64,000 bases of DNA from an uncultured Candidatus Rokubacteria bacterium. GTDB lineage: Bacteria; Methylomirabilota; Methylomirabilia; Rokubacteriales; CSP1-6. Shown piece by piece: positions 1-9,625 of this stretch. Each line of letters opens with the position of its first letter. Position 1 is the first letter of the stretch. The notes under the pieces were generated by a model. It saw only the letters and a list, made by a program, of their open reading frames with translations, had not been told where the DNA came from and did no database searches. The stretch lies in the NCBI GenBank assembly GCA_963771355.1, contig CAVYTA010000005.1, positions 928,001 to 992,000 of the forward strand. Reading direction: 5' to 3'. The position numbers were made by a program, and so were the translations under genes.

Positions 1-299
1 AGCGCGTGCCCCTGGGCGCATTGACCGCCGGGCGCCGCGGCGCCGAGCTCTTCGTCAACGGCGAGCCGTATCACGTGGCGCCGGACCAGGCCCAGGAGGT
101 GGACGAGACCGGGGCGGGGGACGTCTTCGCCACCGCGCTCCTGATCGAGTACGACCGGAGCGGGGATCCCTGGGAGGCCGCGGCGGTGGCGGCCTGCGCG
201 GGTGCCGCGTCGGTCGAGGGACCCGGCGCCTTCGCGGTTCCCGATCGCGCCGGCCTCAGCGCCCGCCTCGCGGCCTACCGCAAGCGGCGCGGCGGCTAG
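1..299 (+). CDS. PfkB family carbohydrate kinase, C-terminal part (5' truncated by window)
   Basis: VDETGAGDVFA PfkB signature. Confidence 0.85.
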   Translation, partial: RVPLGALTAGRRGAELFVNGEPYHVAPDQAQEVDETGAGDVFATALLIEYDRSGDPWEAAAVAACAGAASVEGPGAFAVPDRAGLSARLAAYRKRRGG

Positions 300-346
300 G
301 GGACGAGCTCCCAGACAGTGTTCCAATCTCCACAATGGGGGGAGTC

Positions 347-961
347 ATGAATAGGCGAGCCTATCTGAAAAAGGCTGGCGCCCTATCCGTGTCGCTGATT
401 CTTGCGCTCCATGCGAGCCCCGGTGGCGCCGCAGATCCCCCGTCAACGAAGGTGCTCGTCACCTACCACTCGGTGACCGGCAATACCGAGAAGATGGCCC
501 AGGGAGTGGCGGCGGGGGCCGGAGCGGTCCCAGCGACCAGTGTTGTCTTGAAGCGAATCGGTGAAGTGACCGGCGACGACCTCCTGTCCGCCCATGCGGT
601 CATCGTCGGCTCGCCGGTGTATTTCGGCAACATGTCGGGGGAGGTCAAAACCTTCTTTGACAGCTGGAATCTCAAGTTCGGGTTCCAGGTTCGAGACCGG
701 AAGATGCGCAACAAGGTTGGCGGCGCGTTCGCGACGGGTGCGTCGGCTTCGAACGGCAAGGAGCTCACGATGATTACCATCCTCGGGGCGATGCTACTCA
801 ACCAGATGATCGTCGTCAGCGGTGGAGGAGGATTTGGCGCCAGCGCGTCCACGGGACCGGACTCGCCCGGGATCGACGAGAAGGAGCTGACCGAGGCTCG
901 CGACCTGGGCAAGCGCGTCGCGGAAATCGCGGCGGTAGTCAAACGGGGATCCGGCCAGTAA
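347..961 (+). CDS. Flavodoxin-like NAD(P)H:quinone oxidoreductase (WrbA-like) with Tat-like signal peptide
   Basis: YHSVTGNTEKMA FMN-binding loop and GSPVYFG; N-terminus MNRRAYLKK followed by a hydrophobic stretch. Confidence 0.8.
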   Translation: MNRRAYLKKAGALSVSLILALHASPGGAADPPSTKVLVTYHSVTGNTEKMAQGVAAGAGAVPATSVVLKRIGEVTGDDLLSAHAVIVGSPVYFGNMSGEVKTFFDSWNLKFGFQVRDRKMRNKVGGAFATGASASNGKELTMITILGAMLLNQMIVVSGGGGFGASASTGPDSPGIDEKELTEARDLGKRVAEIAAVVKRGSGQ

Positions 962-986
962 TAGCGATGGTACACTGACGCCGAAC

Positions 987-1361
987 ATGGCGGAGCGGCG
1001 CATCCGGATCACGGCAGGCACCATCGCGGCCGAGGCCGTGCTCGACCAGTCGAACACCGCGCAGGCGGTGTGGGATGCGTTACCGCTATCGGTCCCCGGC
1101 GACACCTGGGGCGACGAGATCTACTTCGGCATCCCCGTGAAGGCCAAGGCCGAGAATCCCGCCGAGACCGTCGAGATGGGTGATCTCGCCTACTGGCCGC
1201 CCGGCTCGGCGTTCTGCATCTTCTTCGGCCCCACGCCGGCCAGCCGCGGCGCGGAGATCCGCCCCGCGAGCCCGGTGAACGTCTTCGGTCGCGTGACCGG
1301 CGATCCGACCGTCTTCAAGAAGGTACGCGCGGGCACTCCCATTCGCATCGAGCGCGCGTGA
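987..1361 (+). CDS. Cyclophilin-like fold protein (DUF369/TM1367-like)
   Basis: [25 protein letters not shown] and [10 protein letters not shown] motifs. Confidence 0.8.
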   Translation: MAERRIRITAGTIAAEAVLDQSNTAQAVWDALPLSVPGDTWGDEIYFGIPVKAKAENPAETVEMGDLAYWPPGSAFCIFFGPTPASRGAEIRPASPVNVFGRVTGDPTVFKKVRAGTPIRIERA

Positions 1362-1392
1362 GGCCCCGTCCGGCCCACGCGCAGGAGGCAGC

Positions 1393-2043
1393 ATGAAGAT
1401 CTTTCTCGATTCCGCCAACGTGAACGAGCTGAAGGAAGGCGTGGCCATGGGCCTCGTCGACGGCTGCACCACCAACCCCTCGCTCATCGCCAAGGAGAAG
1501 CGGCCCTTCCGGCCGCTGGTGGAGGAGATCTGCGCCATCGTGCCGGGCGACGTGAGCCTGGAGGTGGTGGCCACCGACTTCGACGGCATGGTGAAGGAGG
1601 GCAAGGAGCTGGCCCAGGTGGCCTCGAACGTGGTGGTCAAGTGCCCCCTCACCAAGGATGGGCTCAAGGCGGTGAAGCATCTGAGCGGGCTGGGCATCCG
1701 CGTCAACCAGACGCTCTGCTTCTCGGCCCCCCAGGCGCTGCTCTCGGCCAAGGCCGGTGCCACCTATATCAGCCCATTCCTGGGGCGCCTGGACGACATC
1801 GGCGCGGTGGGCATGGACCTCATCCGCGACATCTGCCAGATCTACTCGAATTACGGCTACAAGACCCAGGTGCTGGCGGCCTCCATCCGCAATCCCATCC
1901 ACGTGGTGGACGCCGCCAAGGCGGGGGCGCACGTGGCCACCATGCCCTTCAGCGTGCTCGAGATGCTGATGAAGCACCCCCTCACGGATATCGGGCTCAA
2001 GAAGTTCCTGGACGACTGGAACAAGTCCGGCTCAAAGATCTAG
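1393..2043 (+). CDS. tal: Transaldolase / fructose-6-phosphate aldolase family
   Basis: [47 protein letters not shown] upstream. Confidence 0.9.
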   Translation: MKIFLDSANVNELKEGVAMGLVDGCTTNPSLIAKEKRPFRPLVEEICAIVPGDVSLEVVATDFDGMVKEGKELAQVASNVVVKCPLTKDGLKAVKHLSGLGIRVNQTLCFSAPQALLSAKAGATYISPFLGRLDDIGAVGMDLIRDICQIYSNYGYKTQVLAASIRNPIHVVDAAKAGAHVATMPFSVLEMLMKHPLTDIGLKKFLDDWNKSGSKI

Positions 2044-2084
2044 TTCCACCCGTCCGGCCCTCCTCGCCCGTATACCTCAGCGAG

Positions 2085-2618
2085 ATGGAGAGCGAACGAG
2101 GGCTGATGCGGCGGGTAGCGCGGGGAGACGAGGCGGCCTTCACCGAGCTGGTGGAGGGCTACGGGCCAAAGCTCCTCGCGGTGGCCCGCCGGCTGCTGGG
2201 GTCCCGGGCGGACGCGGAGGACGCGGTCCAGCGCGCGCTGCTCCAGTGCTATCAGGGCGCGGCGGGCTACGAGCCGCGGTGGGCCGTCTCCACCTGGCTC
2301 TACCGCATCCTCACCAATATCTGCGTGGACGAGCTGCGCCGCCGCACGGTGCGCCACGCCTACGCCGCCGCCCCGCCCGCGGAGTCCCTGTCCCCCTTCG
2401 ACGCGCCCGGCGACGCCGGCCGGCGCATCGACGTGGCCCGGGCCCTCGCGCGCGTGCCCCGCGAGGCGCGCGTGCTCCTCGCGCTCCACTACGTCAACGG
2501 GCTCGGCAATGCCGAGCTCGCGCGCATCCGCGGCATCTCGATCAATACCGTGAAGAGCCAGCTCGCGCGCGGCAAGGGCATTCTGCGCGCCGCGCTGGCC
2601 GAAGGAGACCCCGCATGA
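2085..2618 (+). CDS. ECF RNA polymerase sigma-70 factor
   Basis: GDEAAFTELV, DAEDAVQ, TWLYRILTNICVD (region 2); GISINTVKSQLARG (region 4); start at ATG 2085 inside ORF 1641..2618. Confidence 0.88.
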   Translation: MESERGLMRRVARGDEAAFTELVEGYGPKLLAVARRLLGSRADAEDAVQRALLQCYQGAAGYEPRWAVSTWLYRILTNICVDELRRRTVRHAYAAAPPAESLSPFDAPGDAGRRIDVARALARVPREARVLLALHYVNGLGNAELARIRGISINTVKSQLARGKGILRAALAEGDPA

Positions 2619-3328
2619 AGACCGATCTCGATCGTCTGCTCGTCGACTATTTCCAGCCGGAGCCGCCCGCCGCGGGACTGGCCCGGCGCGTCCTCCGAGA
2701 GGCCACCGTGGCCGGGCGCGAGGCCGAGGACCTGGTGGACCGGCTCGCCATCGCGGCGACGCCGCAAGGCATCAGCCTGATCCGTCCGGGCCGTCAGGCG
2801 CGGGTGGAGACCGCGGCCGGGCGCCGGCTGGTGGACCGGGCGCGCGAGGAGCTGCACCAGTACTTCCAGGGACAGCGCGCCTTCTTCTCGGTGCCGGTGG
2901 ACCTCTCGGCGGCGCCCGACTTCCAGACCAAGGTGCTCCAGGCCGCGGGCGCAATCCCCTTCGGCCAGGCCCGTCCCTATGCGTGGGTGGCGAAGCGCAT
3001 CGGCCATCCGCGCGCGGTGCGGGCGGTGGGCACCGCGCTGGGGAAAAATCCGGTGCCGCTCATCGTGCCCTGCCACCGCGTGCTCAAGAGCGACGGCGGA
3101 GTCGGCGGCTACATCTTCGGAACCTCCGTGAAGCAGCGCCTCCTCCGGCTCGAGCGGGTGACCCCGGTGCTCGAGGGATGCACCAGCACCCATATCGTCT
3201 GCCGGCTGGGGTGCCCCCAGCTCCGGCGCGCCAAGCCGAGCAATCGCGTGGTCTTCGCCTCCGTGGAGGACGCGCGCTCGGTCGGCTACCGGCCCTGCCG
3301 CGTCTGCCGGCCCTCGCAGGCGGCATGA
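2615..3328 (+). CDS. ogt: Methylated-DNA--protein-cysteine methyltransferase with C-terminal Ada metal-binding domain
   Basis: RAVGTALGKNPVPLIVPCHRV active site; C-terminal CRLGC...GYRPCRVC; ATGA overlap with the sigma gene. Confidence 0.88.
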   Translation: MKTDLDRLLVDYFQPEPPAAGLARRVLREATVAGREAEDLVDRLAIAATPQGISLIRPGRQARVETAAGRRLVDRAREELHQYFQGQRAFFSVPVDLSAAPDFQTKVLQAAGAIPFGQARPYAWVAKRIGHPRAVRAVGTALGKNPVPLIVPCHRVLKSDGGVGGYIFGTSVKQRLLRLERVTPVLEGCTSTHIVCRLGCPQLRRAKPSNRVVFASVEDARSVGYRPCRVCRPSQAA

Positions 3329-4038
3329 GCGATCTGGCCGCCCGCGTCGCCGGCCTTGCCCTGGGAGGCCATCGGGGCCGAGCTGGACGCGCGCGGCTTC
3401 GCCACCACTGGACCCGCTGCTCGACGCGGCGGAGTGCGCCGAGCTGGCCGCGCTGCTATGGCGAGGAGCGCCGCTTCCGGAGCCGCGTGGACATGGCGCG
3501 CTTTCGCTTCGGAGTGGGCGAGTACAAGTACTTCGCCGCTCCGCTCCCCGAGCCGGTGGCGACACTCCGCGAGCGCCTCTACCCGCGCCTGGCGCCCATC
3601 GCCAACCGCTGGATGGAGCGGCTCGGCACGCGCGAGCGCTACCCGGACGCTCTGGACGGGCTCGCCCGCCTCTGCGCCCGTCATGGCCAGACCAAGCCCA
3701 CGCCGCTCCTGCTGCACTACACCGCCGGCGGCTATAACTGCCTGCACCAGGATCTCTACGGGGCGGTGGCGTTTCCGCTCCAGGCCACCGTGCTGCTGAG
3801 CGACCCGGCGGCGGATTTCACCGGGGGCGAGTTCCTGCTGGTGGAGCAGCGCCCCCGCGCCCAGTCGGCCGGGCACGTGGTCCCGCTGCGACAGGGGGAA
3901 GCGGTGCTGTTCGCCACGCGCCACCGGCCCGCCCGGGGCGCCCGCGGCTGGTATCGCGCCCAGCTCCGCCACGGCGTGAGCGAGGTACGGTCGGGCGAGC
4001 GCTACACGCTCGGCGTCATCTTCCACGACGCGGAGTGA
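3325..4038 (+). CDS. 2OG-Fe(II) oxygenase, DUF2086-like; three apparent +1 frameshifts near the 5' end
   Basis: GEYKYF, YNCLHQDLYG, GGEFLLVEQRPR, LRHGVS, GVIFHDAE; a coherent N-terminus is spread over three frames at 3356-3460. Confidence 0.82.
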   Translation: MSDLAARVAGLALGGHRGRAGRARLRHHWTRCSTRRSAPSWPRCYGEERRFRSRVDMARFRFGVGEYKYFAAPLPEPVATLRERLYPRLAPIANRWMERLGTRERYPDALDGLARLCARHGQTKPTPLLLHYTAGGYNCLHQDLYGAVAFPLQATVLLSDPAADFTGGEFLLVEQRPRAQSAGHVVPLRQGEAVLFATRHRPARGARGWYRAQLRHGVSEVRSGERYTLGVIFHDAE

Positions 4039-4054
4039 GCCGCCGGAGGCGCCG

Positions 4055-4828
4055 TCACTCCTTGTAGTCGAGCCCGGCGGCGGCGAACTTCGGCTTCACC
4101 GACGGAGCGGTGAGGAACGTCACGAAGGCACGCGCTACTTCGGGCGCGGTGGCCTTGGTCGCGATCCCCGCGGAGTAGACGGTCACCTTCTGCACGTCCT
4201 TGGGCAGGGGCCCCACCAGGGTCACGCCCTTCACGGGCACGATCTCGCTGATCTGGTGCACGACCATCGCGACCTCGCCCTTGGCCACCAGCTCGGCCGG
4301 GTACCCGCCGGGCACGAGGGTCGTCTTCGCCTTCATCGCGTCGGCGATGCCGAGCTGCTGGAGGACGCCGGCGAGATGAATGCCGCTGGTCGCGCCCTGG
4401 GCCGGATCGACGTAGGTGATGGACTTCGCCGCCAGCAGCGCCTGCTTGAAAGCCTCCGACGTCGAGATGTCGGGCGCGGGCGTGCCTTCACGCACGCCTA
4501 CCCCCATGCCGGTGCGGGCGATATCGGTGCGGCTGCCGGAGACGATGCGGTCCTGCTTGATCGACTCGTCGATGGCGACGTCGCTCATGATGACGACGTC
4601 CGCGGGGTCGGCGGCGAGCCGCTGGCGCGTGACCCCGACGGTCCCGAACGCCAGCGAGACCTTGTGGCCGGTCTCCTTCTCGAACGCCTGCGCCAGCTCG
4701 GTCACGATCGCCCGGACCGCGCCCGCGCTCAGCACCTGGATCTCGGCGGCCTCGGCCCGCCCGGTCCCCACCAGCGCCGCCACCGCGAGCAGGGTGGCGC
4801 CCAGCCTCCGCGTCGTCGCTCCGCTCAT
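4055..4828 (-). CDS. ModA-like periplasmic substrate-binding protein
   Basis: Signal peptide, IQVLSAGAV, PDISTSEAFKQALL, GATSGIHL, QISEI. Confidence 0.82.
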   Translation of the reverse strand: MSGATTRRLGATLLAVAALVGTGRAEAAEIQVLSAGAVRAIVTELAQAFEKETGHKVSLAFGTVGVTRQRLAADPADVVIMSDVAIDESIKQDRIVSGSRTDIARTGMGVGVREGTPAPDISTSEAFKQALLAAKSITYVDPAQGATSGIHLAGVLQQLGIADAMKAKTTLVPGGYPAELVAKGEVAMVVHQISEIVPVKGVTLVGPLPKDVQKVTVYSAGIATKATAPEVARAFVTFLTAPSVKPKFAAAGLDYKE

Positions 4829-5958
4829 CGTTCGCCTCCGTTTTTTAGTGCGTAGAAGCCCATGGCTCCACCGGCCAGGATCTGGCGCTTCGCCTCCGCC
4901 GACAGGCCCGGCCGCCGGGCGATCATCGCCGGCGCCCCGGGGAAGAAGCCGTCGGGGTGCGGGTAGTCGGTGGCCCAGAGGATCTTGTGCGGGCCGATGT
5001 ACTCGGCGAGGACGCTCAGGCTGCCCTCCACCGGCTCGAACGAGATCCAGCAATTGCGCTGGAACAGCTCGCTGGGGCGCATGGAGAGGCCGGAGTCGTT
5101 GAAGCCCGCGTCGTCGAAGTGCCGGTCCATGCGATCGAGCCAGGGCGCGATCCAGCCGCCACCGGACTCCAGGAAGGCGACGCGCAGCCGGGGATGGCGA
5201 TCGCAGACTCCGCCCCAGATCATGCTCATCGCGGCCAGCATCATCTCCATGGTGTGCGAGATGATGTGCCGCGCCCCGCGCGTCTCGAAGCGATCGACGC
5301 CCACCTGAGGCATGCCGCCGCTGGCCCCCTCGTGCAGCCCGATGGCGAAGTCGAGCTCCTGGGCCTCGCGCCAGAAGGGCTCGTTGTCCGGATGGTGCAG
5401 GGGGCGGCCCGCGTACGGGTTCGGGCGGAGGAAGCCGCCCCGCATGCCGAGCTCGCGCCGCGCGTAGCGCATCTCGGCGATGGCCGCGTCCACGGACTGC
5501 ATCGGCAGCATGGCCACGCCGAAGAGGCGATCGGGGTAGGGGCGACAGTAGTCGGCCAGCCAGCGGTTGTAGGCGCGGCACACCGCGGCGGAGAGCCCGG
5601 GATCCTGGATCGCTCCCGCGAAGAGGCCGAGGCTCGGATACAGGAACGCCGCGTCGATCCCGTCCAGGTCCATGTCGGGGATGCGGGCGTGCGGGTCGAA
5701 GCCGCCCTTGCGACCCTGGAGATACGTCATGGTGTCGTCGGCGACCACGCCCTGGCGCGCGCCGATGCCCCCGACCACCCCCAGGCCCTTCGAGCTGCCG
5801 AGCACCTGGCTCTCGATGAGCAAGCGCTCCTTGCCGTCGGTGTCGATCACGAGCCGGGGCGCCCGATCGCGGTAGGCCGGGTCCATGTAGGTGGTCCATA
5901 GATCCAGCGGCTCGAGGATGTGCCCGTCGGCGTCGATGATGTCGTAGGTGCGTCCCAT
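4825..5958 (-). CDS. Amidohydrolase family 2 protein
   Basis: IIDADGHILEP, AYNRWLADYC, FLESGGGW, WATDYPHPD. Confidence 0.88.
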   Translation of the reverse strand: MGRTYDIIDADGHILEPLDLWTTYMDPAYRDRAPRLVIDTDGKERLLIESQVLGSSKGLGVVGGIGARQGVVADDTMTYLQGRKGGFDPHARIPDMDLDGIDAAFLYPSLGLFAGAIQDPGLSAAVCRAYNRWLADYCRPYPDRLFGVAMLPMQSVDAAIAEMRYARRELGMRGGFLRPNPYAGRPLHHPDNEPFWREAQELDFAIGLHEGASGGMPQVGVDRFETRGARHIISHTMEMMLAAMSMIWGGVCDRHPRLRVAFLESGGGWIAPWLDRMDRHFDDAGFNDSGLSMRPSELFQRNCWISFEPVEGSLSVLAEYIGPHKILWATDYPHPDGFFPGAPAMIARRPGLSAEAKRQILAGGAMGFYALKNGGER

Positions 5959-5969
5959 GGCCGGTCTCC

Positions 5970-8023
5970 TTACGGACGCACGCAGTTGATGTAGGTCCAG
6001 CAGCAGCGGAACGCGTCCCGGCCGCCGAACAGCGTGTCCATCGCGTGGCGGATGAGGGCCAGCCGGTCGGCGACGGCTTCCCCCGCGGGCGCCTTGCCGT
6101 CGATCTTGGCGGAGCCGCCCACCCAGCCCAGCACCGCCTCGTGGTAGGCGCTGAGGAATTCGAACCAGTCGGCGACTTGGGCCTCGATGGAGCGCGCCCG
6201 ACGTCCTCCACCGCGAAGCCGGCTTGCTCGAGTTCGCGCAGGTAGAAGTCCAGCGGGCGCACCGGCAGGAACACCTGATCGCGGTGGGCGAGGTGCGCCT
6301 GGATGCGGGGCGCGTCGTCGAGCAGGGGCCGGTAGGCAGCATAGCGCGCTTCGTTGCGGACCAGACCGGTCGCGACCTCGTGGATGGCCCAAACCGTCTC
6401 GTCCAGGAGCCATTCACTGGGCCCGGCGTGGGGATTGCGGATATTGCCCGACTGTACGAAGGCGCGCCCGCCCGGCCGCAGCACGCGGGCCCAGGAGCCG
6501 AGGGTGTCGGCGAGGTCCCGGTACAGATGGATGGCGTTGGTGGAGGCGAGCACGTCCGCCTTGCGCGCCAGCAGCTCCGGCCCCATCACCTCCTCGAGGA
6601 GCTCGAGCCGCCGCGCCTCCTTGAGCCAGCGCAGGAGCCGGAAGCCGATGCGCTCCTCGCCGCCGAACTTGTCGAGGGCGACGCGGAGGAACTTGGGGGA
6701 GCTGTCCACGATCAGCGTCCCGACGTGGCGGTCGAAGATTCTCAGGTTGAGCCGATCGAGGAGGATCCCGGTGCCCCCCGAGTAGTCGATGAGGAGCTGG
6801 CCATCTTCGAGGTGGCGCGCCAGGTCCTCGACCGTCGGATCGAGGTTCCGGTACCAGCCGTGGTTCTCGACGGTGTCGTACCGGAGGCCGAAGGTGTCCA
6901 TGGGCTGCTGGACCCAGTCCTGCTCGGGAATGCGCGCGAAGCCGGAGGGCCACTGGAAGCGCCTCCGCGGCCCGCGCGCCGACTGGATGGGGGCGCTGAC
7001 GGCGGCGTGGATGCGCAGAAGATCCGGGATGGTGGCGGCCGGCCGCCGGCCCCAGCCGCACTCGGTGGCGACCCCGAATCCGGACACGAAGCGGTGGGCC
7101 GTCTCGATGCGGCGGCGCGTGCCCTCGACGCCGTCGGTGTGGTGCAGCAGACCCAGGTAGAGCTCGGTCTCGGCGCGCAGGCGGAGATCCCGCAGCGGCG
7201 CATAGTAAGCCTCGTCGAGCCGCTCCCGCGGGACGGGCAGGTGGATCCAGGTGAGGGGCCGCCCCAGGCTCGCCGCCAGCGCATTGGCGACCTCGACGAG
7301 CTTGCCCGCGTCGGCCGGCTCCTTGAAGTGGCGATGCTGGACGTCGCCGTAGCAGAGGTGATAGCCGAGCTGGACGTCCGGGGGCACGTGGCGCGAGATC
7401 CGGAGCAGCCGCTCCAGGATGCCGCCCTTGACGTCGCCGAACCAGACCGGGAACACCCCCTCCAGCATCCCGAGCTCGAAATTGGTATCCCACTGGATGG
7501 CGAGCTGATCGTGCGGCAATTCCTGGAGGATGGTCCGGAGCTCGCCGAGCACCTGCTCCTCGTAGACGGGCTCGAGGAGCTCCTGATGCTCGGGCACCAC
7601 GAAGGCGCTGATGGGGGCGAGCGGGGTGGGCAGACAGACCTGGAAGCGACAGGCCACCGGCACCACGCCGTCACGCTTGAGGCGCGCGAAGACCCGATAG
7701 GAGGACAGTGCCGCGTCCGCATACCCGAGGGCGCCAAAGGTCACGCTCTCCGCGCGCGCGCCGGCGGCCAGGCGGACGCGGGGCAACGGCCGCCAGCTGT
7801 CGGCGCCGGGCGGCACCACCTCGAGCTGGCGCTGGGTGGTGAAGACGGGCAGCTGCCACACGATCCAGTCGGACCGGGGGCCGGTCTCGCCGTCAGGGAT
7901 GCGGCGGAGGCGGTCGCCGATCTCATCGGCGACGGTGCGGAACACGGCCTCCGAGCTGGCCAGCGGCACGCTGCCGACCAGATGGGCGCCGGATGCCGCG
8001 AGATCGGGGGAGACGTTGCTCAT
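5970..8023 (-). CDS. Fusion of a MetE/UROD-like Zn domain and a class I SAM-dependent methyltransferase; one frameshift near 6200
   Basis: HLVGSVPL, PDGETG, GYHLCYGD, ATECGWGR, then IDYSGGTG, IVDSSPKFL, TNAIHLY, VLRPGG; C-terminus continues in ORF 5970..6413. Confidence 0.72.
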
Positions 8024-8106
8024 GACGGCTCCGAGCATCTGCCCAAAGCCAACCAGGGTCAAGACGGGCCAACGCAGCTCAAGGCGGCGCCGCGTCGCCG
8101 TCGCGC

Positions 8107-9615
8107 TCAGGCGTTGATGTTGGCCTCGAGGATTGCCGGCGACACCTTCCAGGCGGCGGCCGGCTCCGCCTCCAGCCGTCGCTGCAAGGCCTCCAGCTCC
8201 CGCTTGAACAGGCCGAACGCCTCGGCTCCCGCGGCGTCCAGCGCGAGATAGCCGAAGTCCTGGAGCAGCGGCGCCCGACGCACGTGCAGGTTGAAGTTCG
8301 CGTTGACCAGTCGCTGATACACGTCGAGGGGCTCGCGCTGGCCGCTCCGGTAGACCCGCACCGGCTGGACGTGGGTCCACATCTGATAGTTCCAGAGGCC
8401 CGTGCCGAGGATCTCGTGCTCCACCGTCCCCATGTAGATGAACGCGGCGACCAGCCGCGCCAGGGAGAGCACCGTGAGCACGTCGCCGATCAGCGGCCGG
8501 ATCCCGCCGGGCACAGTGCGCTCGAGGGTCTCCGCCCAGGCCGCCACCGCGTGATCGCCGCGCAACGCCGCGTCGGACGCGTAGTAGAGCGCCAGGTAGC
8601 GCCGCGCGTGCGCGTGCATCACGTCGAAGTGCGCGGCGCGGTTCGCCAGGGCGGGCGTGTCGAAGCCGGCCCCGGCGATGCCCCGGCGCTCCGCGTCGCG
8701 GTGGGGGTCGAGCCCGGTGATGTCGTAGGCCGGCCAGGTCTCCGTGAAGAGCCCGCACATCCCGCGGTGGGTGAAGCTGAAGATCGAGTCGAACTCGCCC
8801 CCCGGGGACATCTGGCCCTTGGTCACGAGCTCGTTGCTGAACTGGGTCCCGAACATGTGGGGCCAGAGCAGGCGCCGCAGCGGGTGGGCGGCCGGCAGGC
8901 AGCTCCGGGTCGCGATGGCGAGGAGCCCCCCCGCGGCGAGGTGCACCCAGTTGAAGTGCCGCACCAGGGAGACATCGGTGGTGGCCGCGCAGAGCGCGAG
9001 CCGCGTCGCCAGCGACCAGCTCGCGTCCCCGGGCACGTTCGTCCCGAGCTCGCTCTCGATCCGCGCCGCCTCCAGGCGGCGGGCCCCCGCGTTCACGTTG
9101 AACAGCACCCGCACGCCCAGGGAGCGCAGGCCTTGATGGTGCTCGTGGCGGGCGAGCCGCCGCAGGTCCCACTGGAAGCCGCCCTCCGGCGCCCGCTCCA
9201 CGTAGCAGGCGTAGGGCCCCGCGACGGCGAGCGACCCCAGGTCCACGGGCCCCTGGTACTCGGGCGGCAGCACGGGAGCGGGAAGGCACTTACGGTGGGC
9301 GGGGGTGTAGGCCTCGTCCAGGGCCTTGTGCGGATCCGCGTCGATGGCGGGCAGTCCCGGCTCCATGGGCGAGAGTCCACCATAGAGACCCACCTGCAAG
9401 TCGTAGAAGCGGGACTTGATCGCGGACGCCTCGTCGTCGGGCACATGGTCGCCGACGAGAACGTTCGCCACCGGGATTCGCGGGAACTGACTGGCGAGGC
9501 TCACCGCCCCGAGCGTTCGCCCGTCGTCCTGCGGCACCGGGATCCGCACCGGCTTGTTCGCGCCGAGCTTCAGGACTGCGAGCTTGTTCCAGACCGCCTT
9601 GCGGACCGTCCACAT
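8107..9615 (-). CDS. Lipoxygenase-family protein (compact catalytic domain)
   Basis: WSLAT...RHFNWVHL (HxxxxH), LPAAHPLRRLLWPH, TVEHEILG, C-terminal EANINA resembling the LOX end motif. Confidence 0.8.
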   Translation of the reverse strand: MWTVRKAVWNKLAVLKLGANKPVRIPVPQDDGRTLGAVSLASQFPRIPVANVLVGDHVPDDEASAIKSRFYDLQVGLYGGLSPMEPGLPAIDADPHKALDEAYTPAHRKCLPAPVLPPEYQGPVDLGSLAVAGPYACYVERAPEGGFQWDLRRLARHEHHQGLRSLGVRVLFNVNAGARRLEAARIESELGTNVPGDASWSLATRLALCAATTDVSLVRHFNWVHLAAGGLLAIATRSCLPAAHPLRRLLWPHMFGTQFSNELVTKGQMSPGGEFDSIFSFTHRGMCGLFTETWPAYDITGLDPHRDAERRGIAGAGFDTPALANRAAHFDVMHAHARRYLALYYASDAALRGDHAVAAWAETLERTVPGGIRPLIGDVLTVLSLARLVAAFIYMGTVEHEILGTGLWNYQMWTHVQPVRVYRSGQREPLDVYQRLVNANFNLHVRRAPLLQDFGYLALDAAGAEAFGLFKRELEALQRRLEAEPAAAWKVSPAILEANINA

Positions 9616-9625
9616 GGGGCGTGAC

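Noticed and set aside
4055..9289. 1744-aa ORF as one giant protein
   Set aside because: It is a chimera. Only 8023 to about 6200 and 4828-4055 are protein-like; the rest is off-frame Arg/Pro/Gly-rich read-through over the LOX and amidohydrolase genes.
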